A stretch of 64,000 nt of DNA, from sequence record PZ452598.1. One strand, given 5' to 3'. Position 1 is the first letter of the stretch, and each line of letters begins with the position of its first letter. The notes below the pieces were generated by a model that worked only from the letters and a program-made list of their open reading frames with translations, searched no databases and was not told the DNA's origin. Positions 35,119 to 43,943 of the stretch are shown here, one piece after another. This stretch comes from a phage. The position numbers and the translations under genes are program-made.

Positions 35119-35573
35119 TAATATGCCTGTAAAACAAATTTAAAGTTATCAGCCAACATACGGTTCATTTCTTCGAGTGTTTGATACTCAGAATGATGAT
35201 TACGAGTAAACGCCAAAGCTAGCTGACCTTTTCCAAATCCCGTCGTTAGAGGTTTCATCTTAGAAGCAGGCAGATAAAACACTGTGTATGGAACATTGTT
35301 ATTTGCAATAGTACGCGCAAGTTGAGACCGGCGTTGACGAATATGACTTAAAACCGCACTGAATCCTTGCTTAGAACGCTGATTACCTACATAAAATCGT
35401 GCAGATACGCATGGATTACTAAATGGACCACCGAGTTTACTCACTAAAAAGTAAAATCCAGGTTTAGATAAAATATCTTTATGCGGAGTTCCTAAAAACC
35501 ATTCACCACCCTTGATTGTACCAATAACAGTAGCGCCTGCATCATTCAGATCAGTAACAGTCATATATTTCAT
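35118..35573 (-). CDS. ndd: Ndd nucleoid disruption protein (151 aa)
   Basis: ORF track 167 aa trimmed to [10 protein letters not shown]... Confidence 0.8.
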
Positions 35574-35633
35574 ATTAATTTCCTCTAAATTATTTTCTAC
35601 TCCAAGGCCGCATGAATACACACGGCCATTAAA

Positions 35634-35849
35634 TTACTCGTCGCAGTCGACGCTCAATTCCCAAAACTCTTCTACAGTATAAGTTTCAGTATCATTTTCA
35701 ATACAGAAACGTTCATTACTATTATTTGCTAAAGTAGCATTAACTGTCATTTTTTCGCTAGTGCTCTTAAGAGGTGAAATACGAATTAACTGATCACCGT
35801 TATCTAAACAAAAAATTTCACCAACTTTTACATCTTTAAAACTTTTCAT
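35634..35849 (-). CDS. hypothetical protein (ndd.x)
   Basis: ORF track 71 aa. Confidence 0.5.
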   Translation of the reverse strand: MKSFKDVKVGEIFCLDNGDQLIRISPLKSTSEKMTVNATLANNSNERFCIENDTETYTVEEFWELSVDCDE

Positions 35850-35964
35850 AATTCACCTCAAGGAGTATAAAATCCAAATGCAGTTGTTGACCATCCCATC
35901 CAATATGGAAAATTTACACCAATGTAAAACATAAGAATATAAAACCAACCGCTCAGCAAATTCA

Positions 35965-36183
35965 TCATTTTACACCATTCCAAATTGTTTCAACCACGGA
36001 TTTTAAACCATTTTGATGAATATCCATTCCTACTACCGCCATCAAATAAATTCCAACTACAACTGAACCTAAGGCAAAAATCAGCATGAAAATGAATAAA
36101 GCCGGAAAAATATTATCGAAAAACCATTCAATAAATGTAAAAGCACTGCGTTTACGCTTCATATTTTCCTCACATAAATCCAA
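35965..36183 (-). CDS. hypothetical small membrane protein (ndd.x)
   Basis: ORF track 72 aa; two hydrophobic helices. Confidence 0.45.
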   Translation of the reverse strand: MDLCEENMKRKRSAFTFIEWFFDNIFPALFIFMLIFALGSVVVGIYLMAVVGMDIHQNGLKSVVETIWNGVK

Positions 36184-36418
36184 AGTAAACGTTTAATACA
36201 TCAATCATTAAAACGATTGGGAATATACTCAAAACTATTAGTATTATAACTACATTCCATATAGCTTTAATAATCTTTTTCATTTTCTGTTCCTCCATAG
36301 TTGATAGGGTAATAGTACCACGGAAGAACAGTCTTGTAAACAACTTTTTTAAAAATATTCGTAATAAATGTGAATACCAACTACTACCGCTGAAACCTGT
36401 GCAACCCACCACGCACAA
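36170..36418 (-). CDS. hypothetical small membrane protein (ndd.x); true start probably internal
   Basis: ORF track 82 aa; hydrophobic C-terminal half. Confidence 0.4.
   Translation of the reverse strand: MCVVGCTGFSGSSWYSHLLRIFLKKLFTRLFFRGTITLSTMEEQKMKKIIKAIWNVVIILIVLSIFPIVLMIDVLNVYFGFM
36312..36341 (-). promoter_or_regulatory. early promoter-like element
   Basis: GTTTAC, 18-bp spacer, TACTAT on minus strand; lies inside the N-terminal part of track ORF 36170..36418, arguing for an internal start. Confidence 0.45.
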
Positions 36419-36590
36419 GCAATAAGTACAGAATTCAAAATTTTCATAATAACCTCATTACAAAAGTAAATGTTAAACAAATTACTGGAATACTAATTAA
36501 CCAAACAAAACACCACCATAATGAACTCATAGTTCAATCTCAGCGATTTTCATTTTATTCTCCAAATCCGTATCAGTAGTTGATAGTTGT

Positions 36591-36620
36591 ATAGTACCAC
36601 GGTCCTTGTGGTATGTAAAC
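36591..36620 (-). promoter_or_regulatory. early promoter-like element
   Basis: member of repeated promoter-leader cassette, downstream of denB. Confidence 0.5.
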
Positions 36621-36636
36621 TGTTTTGTGAAATTTT

Positions 36637-37194
36637 TTAAATGGAAAGATACCATCCGTTGTAGTTGCTTTTTCTTACAACTTTACGAAGGTCTTCTCTG
36701 TCACCGATGAACTTCGGAGTGTACTGGATGACACCTGGATGAATTTCTTTAGTGTTGAATATAATTATACAGTCAGCGACTTGATGATTTAGAATGGGCC
36801 CTAGATTTATTCCAGAACCATATGGATACTCTCCGCTGCATCCCGTTGTTACCGAAATCCAACGTGAGTCAGTTTGATGTGTCTTAACTTCTACACGAAG
36901 CCCGCAGTATTTTGGATGAGCCAATACATCCCATGCATATGTGTACGGATCATCGACATCCTCTTGGCCTTTATTGACATATCCACTCAACCAATCTGCC
37001 ACAAAAAACTCTGCGTACACAGCGATACGGCATCTTTCGATAACTTCTGCCTTATCTTGATTTGGGTTTTGTTTTAAAGAGTATCTTGCAGTATCAGCAA
37101 TTTTGACCTTCATTTCACAGGTCAAGTCACTGTTCGATAGGGTAAATGTCGGAATCTGAAATAGTCTCTGTAACCCAGGATTCGTTTTCTGCAT
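36637..37194 (-). CDS. denB: endonuclease IV (185 aa)
   Basis: ORF track 185 aa; size and position match T4 denB. Confidence 0.8.
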   Translation of the reverse strand: MQKTNPGLQRLFQIPTFTLSNSDLTCEMKVKIADTARYSLKQNPNQDKAEVIERCRIAVYAEFFVADWLSGYVNKGQEDVDDPYTYAWDVLAHPKYCGLRVEVKTHQTDSRWISVTTGCSGEYPYGSGINLGPILNHQVADCIIIFNTKEIHPGVIQYTPKFIGDREDLRKVVRKSNYNGWYLSI

Positions 37195-37256
37195 TTAAAC
37201 TTTCCTTTATGTCGGAATCACCGATATTCATATAAATCATAATTTCTCTTAAAACA

Positions 37257-37274
37257 AAAGGGCCGAAGCCCTTT
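37257..37274 (-). terminator. hairpin GGGC-UUCG-GCCC followed by U-rich tract
   Basis: between ORF 37278..37472 and denB. Confidence 0.5.
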
Positions 37275-37277
37275 ATT

Positions 37278-37472
37278 TTACTTGAATTGTGCAATTCTTT
37301 TCTCTAGACATTCAGCATAAGATTTCATTGAGATGAACTGCGAAAGTAGCAGTTCTTGCTCAACTGCGCTAACTGTTAGAAACTTTGCGCTTTCTAAAAA
37401 TTTGCTCAGTGCATTAATTTTGAGCATTAATTGATCGTATTCTTCTTTTACTCGTGCTTGATAACCTAACAT
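37278..37472 (-). CDS. hypothetical protein
   Basis: ORF track 64 aa. Confidence 0.45.
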   Translation of the reverse strand: MLGYQARVKEEYDQLMLKINALSKFLESAKFLTVSAVEQELLLSQFISMKSYAECLEKRIAQFK

Positions 37473-37486
37473 AATTTTCCTTAGTT

Positions 37487-37502
37487 AAGGGCCGAAGCCC
37501 TT
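37487..37502 (-). promoter_or_regulatory. UUCG-tetraloop hairpin overlapping the rII-fusion stop codon, followed by SD and ATG of next ORF
   Basis: AAGGGC-UUCG-GCCCUU then AAGGAAAAUUAUG; no U-run. Confidence 0.4.
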
Positions 37503-38928
37503 ATTTAAATTGTTCAGTAACGTCTTCAACTACTTCATATTGGCAGGTACGCATTTTAGCATCGTTGTAATCAATCGGAATTGATACTACATCGCGAGGA
37601 TGAACTTTAACTTTTACAACTCGGCTGGTTGAACTACCAAAGTGACGAATATAAGATTTAGAACACACATGCAAACCACGAGAACAAGTTTGTGTATCAT
37701 CGTCATTCACACGAGTACGTGGCATTTTAACTACTTTACCCGGACTGTTATCAAAGGTGTTTGAGTGACAGTCAAAGTAATTGCTGCGAACTACTTTCCA
37801 AGCATAGAAGTAACCATCTTCTGTAATTTCAATATCGTTTGCTACCAAGAAATCAAAGAGTCGAGATACCGCTTTTTGGCTTGGGTTTTCCAACAGATTT
37901 TCCAAGAACGGAAAATAAAATTCAAAGTTTTCGCCTTTTTCCATCGAGTCAAGAATACGATCAACCAAACCAGACCGCAATTCAATATTTTGATAGAACA
38001 AGCTTCCACCTTCAATTCGAACATCGCCGGAAATATATTTTTCAACAGCACGACGAACATTAATTTTTTGTGCCGCTTCTTCCAACTTATCCGCTACAAG
38101 CAGATTAAGAATTTCCTGGAAGTTTGAATGAGTATTAGGAGTTGCGTTATAAGTTACGCCATCAACAGTAATTGAAATGAATTTTTTAGATGCATTCCAA
38201 ATAATGTCAGATTTAGCAACTGGAGCAATAACTGCATCGCTATTAACTTTAACTGTAATATCACCGCTAATAGTCATCAAAATCCGGAAAATAATCATTT
38301 CGCGGTCAAGACCATTAATGATAGCCAAATCTTTGAACGGTCGCATGATATAAGAAACTTCATAAGCAAAGTTTCTAAAGTCTTTTTCTTCAACTGGAAC
38401 TACGATTTCAATACCAGTTTTATCATCTGGACCCATTTCTTTTACGAATGTAGGTTTAATCTGTGGACCATCACCATCCATGTAAGCTACATAACCACGA
38501 ATTTCACCTTTATGATACGAAGTAATACTAAACGTATCAGTATAACTAAACGGAGATTTAGAACCTAAACCAAATCCGCCAATAAAGTCATTAGATTCAG
38601 CTTTAGATGAACTGAAGTATGAATTATACAACCCAGGAGAATTATCATCACCTTGAATATCAAAATCACTCATACCCGGACCAAAATCTCGACAAACAAA
38701 TCGTGGGTCTAAACGTCCAGGAACTTGTATGATAAATTTTTCAGGATTTCCATTAAGTGCATGAGCATCAATCATGTTAGTAATCAATTCACGGACTACT
38801 GCGCGAATCTTGTTTGTATACAAATCAGATGACAGAATTTTAAATACTTTAGGAGATGCTGTGATGCTAAATGCTTTTGATTTAGAACCATTACCAAGAA
38901 TTGTTTCTTTTTCAGTGGTGATAATCAT
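37501..38928 (-). CDS. rIIA/rIIB: rIIA–rIIB in-frame fusion protein (475 aa)
   Basis: ORF track 475 aa; N-terminal GHKL ATPase motifs as in rIIA, C-terminal part recognised as rIIB-like; locus about 1.7 kb shorter than separate rIIA (725 aa) + rIIB (312 aa). Confidence 0.7.
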   Translation of the reverse strand: MIITTEKETILGNGSKSKAFSITASPKVFKILSSDLYTNKIRAVVRELITNMIDAHALNGNPEKFIIQVPGRLDPRFVCRDFGPGMSDFDIQGDDNSPGLYNSYFSSSKAESNDFIGGFGLGSKSPFSYTDTFSITSYHKGEIRGYVAYMDGDGPQIKPTFVKEMGPDDKTGIEIVVPVEEKDFRNFAYEVSYIMRPFKDLAIINGLDREMIIFRILMTISGDITVKVNSDAVIAPVAKSDIIWNASKKFISITVDGVTYNATPNTHSNFQEILNLLVADKLEEAAQKINVRRAVEKYISGDVRIEGGSLFYQNIELRSGLVDRILDSMEKGENFEFYFPFLENLLENPSQKAVSRLFDFLVANDIEITEDGYFYAWKVVRSNYFDCHSNTFDNSPGKVVKMPRTRVNDDDTQTCSRGLHVCSKSYIRHFGSSTSRVVKVKVHPRDVVSIPIDYNDAKMRTCQYEVVEDVTEQFK

Positions 38929-38938
38929 AATTTCCTCA

Positions 38939-39142
38939 TTAATTCATATTACGCTTAATAACTTCAGCAACTTCTAGTAGTTCATCTTTAGTTGCGGTGT
39001 CGGATTGAATTTTATCTCTAATATCTTTAAAGCGGGTTTTAAATTCTTCGGCTTCTCCCATATCGAAAAAGCGTTGAATGATTCTATATTCTCGATGAAC
39101 TGCTTTATCAAAAAGTTCTAAATTTACTTTATATGATTTCAT
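38939..39142 (-). CDS. hypothetical protein (rIIA.1 position)
   Basis: ORF track 67 aa. Confidence 0.55.
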   Translation of the reverse strand: MKSYKVNLELFDKAVHREYRIIQRFFDMGEAEEFKTRFKDIRDKIQSDTATKDELLEVAEVIKRNMN

Positions 39143-39196
39143 TTCAATATCCTCATTTGCCCAATTAATTATACCACATCCTTGTGGTAAAGTAAA

Positions 39197-39541
39197 CTAC
39201 TGGCTCATCCATTCTTTACGAAGGTCAGCATTATCTCCCATGAGCATTTCAAAAAGCTCTTTCCAGTTCTCAGGAAGTTTAACAACATCATATACTGGGT
39301 TTTGAATCATCTCACGATATTCAGATTTTTCCAAAGAGCCAAGTCCCTTAATATAACGGATGCTATGTTTAGGTAGAGCATCTTTGGCACTCTCATATTC
39401 AGCGACTGTATAAAACCATTCTTGTTTTTTACCGACCTGAGCGATGATTACAGGAGTTTTGACAAAGCGAATTCGTCCTTGCTCAAACAATTCTGGCCAA
39501 TTACTAAAAAATCCGAGCAGAGAAGGATAAATAGAACCTAA
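39197..39541 (-). CDS. 60: gene 60 topoisomerase II small subunit, codons 47–160 (after the bypass)
   Basis: track ORF 39197..39490 extended upstream in frame to the landing site; resumes UUA GGU UCU... Confidence 0.92.
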   Translation of the reverse strand, partial: LGSIYPSLLGFFSNWPELFEQGRIRFVKTPVIIAQVGKKQEWFYTVAEYESAKDALPKHSIRYIKGLGSLEKSEYREMIQNPVYDVVKLPENWKELFEMLMGDNADLRKEWMSQ

Positions 39542-39591
39542 TCCAATAATCTCTTAATTATGAGGTATTTCTATAGATAGCCCGAAGGCTA
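39542..39591 (-). other. 60: gene 60 50-nt translational bypass (hop) element
   Basis: take-off GGA 39594..39592, UAG stop 39591..39589, stem-loop with UUCG loop, landing GGA 39544..39542. Confidence 0.93.
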
Positions 39592-39729
39592 TCCATCGTG
39601 ATCTGCGTCTGTCATAATAGCGACATTCGCATAGTTCATTGAAGAGGATTTAATAGAACGACGAACATTGTTCTGCAATTTATATTTTTTCATATCAACG
39701 CTAGAAGAATCAATTTTTACAAATTTCAT
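39592..39729 (-). CDS. 60: gene 60 topoisomerase II small subunit, codons 1–46 (before the bypass)
   Basis: MKFVKIDSSSVDMKKYKL...MTDADHDG then UAG; track ORF 39589..39780 has an upstream extension. Confidence 0.92.
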
Positions 39730-40528
39730 TATACACCTCATAGAACTTTTCATCAGGAATCCAACCGCGTTTAAATTCATTAAATGCTCGGCCGAATAAT
39801 TTTGAATTCACAGTTATATTATTAACTGATTTCCATTTAGCAACTCCCGTTCGTTTATAATGATCGGGGTCATATTTCGTGACGTACCATTCATATAAAT
39901 TTGGTATTAATTTTACAGCCTCTGGATTTGTCGCTGATTTATTATACCATGGTTTCGCTTTTTCAAGTTCAGCTGCTTTTGCAGTAGCAGCAACAGTATT
40001 TCCAATACCAACTAATTTTTCAGTTTTAATGCGTGGATCATTAACATGAAGACGAAAAACTTCGCCCTTTTCATTTTTAAAGCATGTCATGCCTTTAATT
40101 CCAGGAAGCTTAACACCTTTATTAACACCGCACCATTCCTTTGGGTTAAATGATCCTTTAATTAATAAGGCGCATTTACCCGATTTAATACTTCTCATTA
40201 AAACTTTATCTTTCATAAAGTTTTTTGACCATTCAGATACTGCTCTTTGATGGTAAATTCTAGCAATTTCATATAATTTACTAGAACGTAAATATTTTTC
40301 AGTGTTTAACATTCTATTCATCGCATATGCCATTTCACGATTACGATGAATTTTATATAGTAGAAAATGTGCTAAAAAGTGTTCACGAAAAGTCAGTTTC
40401 ACCAAATTTTCTTTATCATCAGAACCTCCCATTGATCTTGGAAGGATATGATGAATTTCACCCTTAAATTTAGAAACGCGGGTTTTACCCCGCACTATTA
40501 AGTCATTATAGATTTTTTCGTAATTCAC
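39710..40528 (-). CDS. mobA: free-standing HNH homing endonuclease (272 aa)
   Basis: ORF track 272 aa; HNH motif HHILPRSMGGSDDKENLVKLTFREH; overlaps 39 end and 60 start. Confidence 0.8.
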   Translation of the reverse strand: MNYEKIYNDLIVRGKTRVSKFKGEIHHILPRSMGGSDDKENLVKLTFREHFLAHFLLYKIHRNREMAYAMNRMLNTEKYLRSSKLYEIARIYHQRAVSEWSKNFMKDKVLMRSIKSGKCALLIKGSFNPKEWCGVNKGVKLPGIKGMTCFKNEKGEVFRLHVNDPRIKTEKLVGIGNTVAATAKAAELEKAKPWYNKSATNPEAVKLIPNLYEWYVTKYDPDHYKRTGVAKWKSVNNITVNSKLFGRAFNEFKRGWIPDEKFYEVYNEICKN

Positions 40529-42056
40529 CTACTGTTATCCATTTACCATTAATCTGTACTTCATCATTTTCATTTACGATAATTGTATCGCCATTTAGCT
40601 CGAAAGTAAACCACTCGCCATCTTCTTTTTCTTCAAACGCTTTTTCACCGAGAACTAGACCAGTGATTGCGCAAATATCAAATAGTTCTTTGTTTTTAAG
40701 CATATCTGCATAAGACATACCCCAACTGTTGAGAACTTTACCACGCAATGGATAACCACCGTGAAGTTCTTTATCACGAACATCAATAAGATATCCGATA
40801 GCCGAATCACCCTCAGTCAAGAAAAGAGTAGTATCAGCATCTTTACCGCAAAGATTCGCTTTGATATGTTTATGAACCTTAGCTTTAGAAGCCTTTTTAG
40901 CTGCTTTAGTTTCTGCTGCTTTTTCTGCCGCCAATTTACGAGCCAAAGCAGCTTCAATAATCGGCATTAGAATTGCTTCATTATTTAGAATAGCACGTGA
41001 AATCTTTTTAGCATCAAGTTGAATATGACTACGAATTTCGCCAAATGGAGAAGTCAAACGCTCTTTAGTTTGAGAATCAAATCGCATGTTTTTCATATCA
41101 CGAACAAACATAACGATAGTCAAACATTCTTTGACACGTGCTTTAGTCACATCAATTTTGAACTTACGTTTGATTTGTGGAATAAGGTCTTCACAAATAT
41201 CATCCATAGCGCAGTCAATGTGATGGCCACCATTCTTAGTATGAATGTTATTGACGTATGTTAATTGACGAAAACCATCCGGTGAACGACCAACCGCAAT
41301 AGAACAATTTTCTTGCTCTTGAACAATAGCATGTTCATCATACTGCCGTGCATATTTCTTAAAATTGCCCTGAACCTTTTTACCATTAAAGGTAAATTGA
41401 ATATCAGGATAAACTACAGCAAGTGTCTGGAGACGATCCAGTGTAATGTCAAGATAAACTTGGGACAGCTCATTAGTTTCAAATGACATAAAATCAGGAA
41501 TGAAAGTAACACGAGTTCCTTTCCATTTTCCAGGAATATCTTCCCATGATTTATTTTCCATGCCATTTGAACAACGAACTACAATATTATTTTGACCGTC
41601 GCCAGTTTCACCGACAAACATCACAGAAAAAATGTTTGTCAAACTAGAACCAACACCGTTCATACCGCCGGTGACGCGTTCTTTATCATCACCAAAGTTA
41701 CCACCTGCTTTTGGAATAGTCCATGCGGCAACAGGACCAGGAATTTCTTCACCGGTAGGTGTTTTAACCATCGCTTGTGGAATACCGCGACCGTTATCTT
41801 CAACTGTTACTTGATTGTTTTTAATAGTAACATTAATTTTATTCGCGAATTTAAACTTAGTACGAATACCTTCATCTACTGAGTTATCGATAATTTCATC
41901 AATAAGCTTAACAAGACCAGGTACATACTGAACACTTTCCCATTTACCAAACATAAAGCGCTCATGCGTTTCATTAGCAGAAGAGCCAATGTACATGCCA
42001 CTACGCTTTTTGATATGTTCAATATCGCTCAGAATTTTAATTTCATTCTTAATCAT
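40506..42056 (-). CDS. 39: gp39 DNA topoisomerase II large subunit (ATPase)
   Basis: ORF track 517 aa, start trimmed to second Met; GyrB-like GHKL ATPase and TOPRIM. Confidence 0.92.
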   Translation of the reverse strand: MIKNEIKILSDIEHIKKRSGMYIGSSANETHERFMFGKWESVQYVPGLVKLIDEIIDNSVDEGIRTKFKFANKINVTIKNNQVTVEDNGRGIPQAMVKTPTGEEIPGPVAAWTIPKAGGNFGDDKERVTGGMNGVGSSLTNIFSVMFVGETGDGQNNIVVRCSNGMENKSWEDIPGKWKGTRVTFIPDFMSFETNELSQVYLDITLDRLQTLAVVYPDIQFTFNGKKVQGNFKKYARQYDEHAIVQEQENCSIAVGRSPDGFRQLTYVNNIHTKNGGHHIDCAMDDICEDLIPQIKRKFKIDVTKARVKECLTIVMFVRDMKNMRFDSQTKERLTSPFGEIRSHIQLDAKKISRAILNNEAILMPIIEAALARKLAAEKAAETKAAKKASKAKVHKHIKANLCGKDADTTLFLTEGDSAIGYLIDVRDKELHGGYPLRGKVLNSWGMSYADMLKNKELFDICAITGLVLGEKAFEEKEDGEWFTFELNGDTIIVNENDEVQINGKWITVGELRKNL

Positions 42057-42110
42057 CACTTATCCTCGTTTGGTTTCGGGAATATTATACTCCGGTAATC
42101 ATAAAGCTAA

Positions 42111-42124
42111 AGGCCCGAAGGCCT
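42111..42124 (-). promoter_or_regulatory. UUCG-tetraloop hairpin downstream of 39.1 stop, upstream of gene 39
   Basis: AGGCC-UUCG-GGCCU read on minus strand; terminator or processing/stability element. Confidence 0.4.
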
Positions 42125-42125
42125 T

Positions 42126-42386
42126 TTATTTAAAACGAATAGTTGAATCCTTAAAGAACAGCCCAGAACATACTGTTCCTTCTACTTTCTGCCCGGTAGG
42201 TCCAATAGCACGAAATCCAGTATGCTGGAAATCATTTTCAGAGCAACCGAACCAATTATATCCAGTGATTTCAATATTAGTAAAACCACTTGAAGACAAA
42301 ACTTTGGTTGCATTATCAGCATCAGTACATCCTATTAAAGACACTGCTAATACTAATGCTGCAATAGAACGATTAATATATTTCAT
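42126..42386 (-). CDS. hypothetical lipoprotein (39.1 position)
   Basis: ORF track 86 aa; signal peptide with lipobox LIGC. Confidence 0.55.
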   Translation of the reverse strand: MKYINRSIAALVLAVSLIGCTDADNATKVLSSSGFTNIEITGYNWFGCSENDFQHTGFRAIGPTGQKVEGTVCSGLFFKDSTIRFK

Positions 42387-42388
42387 AA

Positions 42389-42565
42389 TTACCCTTTAAG
42401 CAAGTCGTAAAATCCACCATTCACATGCTTAGGAGCGGAAACTAACCGAACAGCCAGCCGATGACAATCAGGACATACATCAGTATCTCTTTCAGAAATT
42501 TTCTTGATTTTTTCGTATTCTTTTGCACAGTCTTTGGATTGACATTTATAATCATAAAGCGGCAT
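42389..42565 (-). CDS. small zinc-ribbon protein (58 aa, 39.2 position)
   Basis: hand-translated MPLYDYKCQSKDCAKEYE...CPDCHRL; CxxC...CxxC. Confidence 0.45.
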   Translation of the reverse strand: MPLYDYKCQSKDCAKEYEKIKKISERDTDVCPDCHRLAVRLVSAPKHVNGGFYDLLKG

Positions 42566-42567
42566 AA

Positions 42568-42993
42568 TTATTCCTTAAAGTAAGCTTTCAACATCTGATA
42601 TAAAGACCACGCCTGATCATTATTTTCAATAGTAACTTTCATGACTGGGAATTCTGTGAAATCTTCTATTTGTTCTTGCTCTTTCTCTTCCTGCTCTTGC
42701 TCTTCAACCGCCTGATATGGATTTTCCACTTCATCAAAGAACCCAGCTTCGTTAGTAGAGAGCCAGATAAAGTTTTCGTCAAGGATATCACCGCCGGCAC
42801 AACGTTTGAGTACACCTATGGATGTCATAATTTTAGTAGGACGCCCAAGATAATCAGCATCTAAAATTTTAAAAGGCTCCATACCTAAACGTCGTGCATA
42901 GATTCCGTTATCAGTATGGTCTTTAATAAAATTTTCTTGAGCTTGTTTATTTTTAAATTGATACCATTTATTAACTTCAAATTTAATAGCCAT
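42568..42993 (-). CDS. goF: hypothetical acidic protein (141 aa); size and position fit T4 goF
   Basis: ORF track 141 aa; assignment by size and order only. Confidence 0.45.
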
Positions 42994-43208
42994 TAATAAA
43001 TTTCCTTCCAGTAAGTTGTGCCGTCTTCAGTAATTTCACGAAATACACCATAAATTGGCTGTTTATCACCGACTTTCTCATACACATAAACAGAAGTCAA
43101 GTGAGTAAACTTGCTAGTATGTTCCTTTTGAACTACTACCAAATTTGGATCAAATAATACATCTTCAAATTCATCATTAGTGCAATTCTGAACAATTTTA
43201 CGTTTCAT
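42993..43208 (-). CDS. cef: hypothetical protein (71 aa); size and position fit T4 cef
   Basis: ORF track 71 aa; assignment by size and order only. Confidence 0.45.
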
Positions 43209-43307
43209 TACAATTTCCTCATTAATTGAACAGTGGAGCGATACGTTTCAGAAGAGTATCAACACCTTTAGCGAATTTTCCATTTTATTCTCCAAGTTGT
43301 TTTCTGT

Positions 43308-43350
43308 ATCAGTAGTTGATATTGATATAGTACCATAATCAACTACTGAT
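43308..43350 (-). repeat. perfect 13-bp inverted repeat (ATCAGTAGTTGAT / ATCAACTACTGAT) flanking a TACTAT -10-like box
   Basis: read directly; variant copy of the promoter-leader cassette in which the leader is duplicated in inverted orientation. Confidence 0.6.
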
Positions 43351-43378
43351 GTATATAGTTTTATGAAAAATTTAAACT

Positions 43379-43867
43379 TTATGCATAGAGAGCATTGCTA
43401 TAGTGTTTAATCCAACTTTCAGGAATGACTTTGTATGTTCCTAAAAATACCACGTTGTACAACTTAACACCATCTTCTACCCATTGATCGGTAATGTATC
43501 CACACATAGCGCGAGTATAAACAACCCTTCCATCATCTTTAATAAAGTTAAATTCACAAGGAGCAATGAACTTGATAGCCTGACCGAGTTTCCACTTAAA
43601 GTCTACACCTACATGCGAAGTATCAATCGTTTCAATTCCTTTAGCAGGAACAGCTTTTAAAAACGCAGACTCAAGAAATTTCGCACGAACATAGCCAAAC
43701 TGGGGTTTAGACTTTCCATCTTTAGGAATGATACGCACTTTTACTTCAGAATCTTCATCTTTAACACCATGCTTAAGCTGAATGCTTACAACTTCGACCA
43801 ATTTTCCTGCTGCTTTAGAACGGGATTTATCAGATACACGAGCTAATTCACCAATATTAATAATCAT
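43379..43867 (-). CDS. motB: hypothetical protein (162 aa); size and position fit T4 motB
   Basis: ORF track 162 aa; assignment by size and order only. Confidence 0.5.
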   Translation of the reverse strand: MIINIGELARVSDKSRSKAAGKLVEVVSIQLKHGVKDEDSEVKVRIIPKDGKSKPQFGYVRAKFLESAFLKAVPAKGIETIDTSHVGVDFKWKLGQAIKFIAPCEFNFIKDDGRVVYTRAMCGYITDQWVEDGVKLYNVVFLGTYKVIPESWIKHYSNALYA

Positions 43868-43943
43868 AGTTATCTCTCACTTGTTAAAAAGATTTTATAC
43901 TCCACGGGACCATTATACTCTGGTCCCAAGAGTTTGTAAACTA

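Noticed and set aside
37501-38928. The 475-aa GHKL-motif ORF as a novel histidine-kinase-like or toxin protein
   Set aside because: The motifs are those of the rIIA N-terminal ATPase domain and the genomic position is exactly the rII locus; better explained as a deletion fusion.
39197-39780. ORF-track ORFs 39589..39780 (63 aa) and 39197..39490 (97 aa) as two separate small genes
   Set aside because: They are the two halves of gene 60 joined by the 50-nt bypass. The 63-aa ORF's first 17 codons are an upstream extension overlapping mobA, and the 97-aa ORF's 'start' is an internal TTG (Leu).
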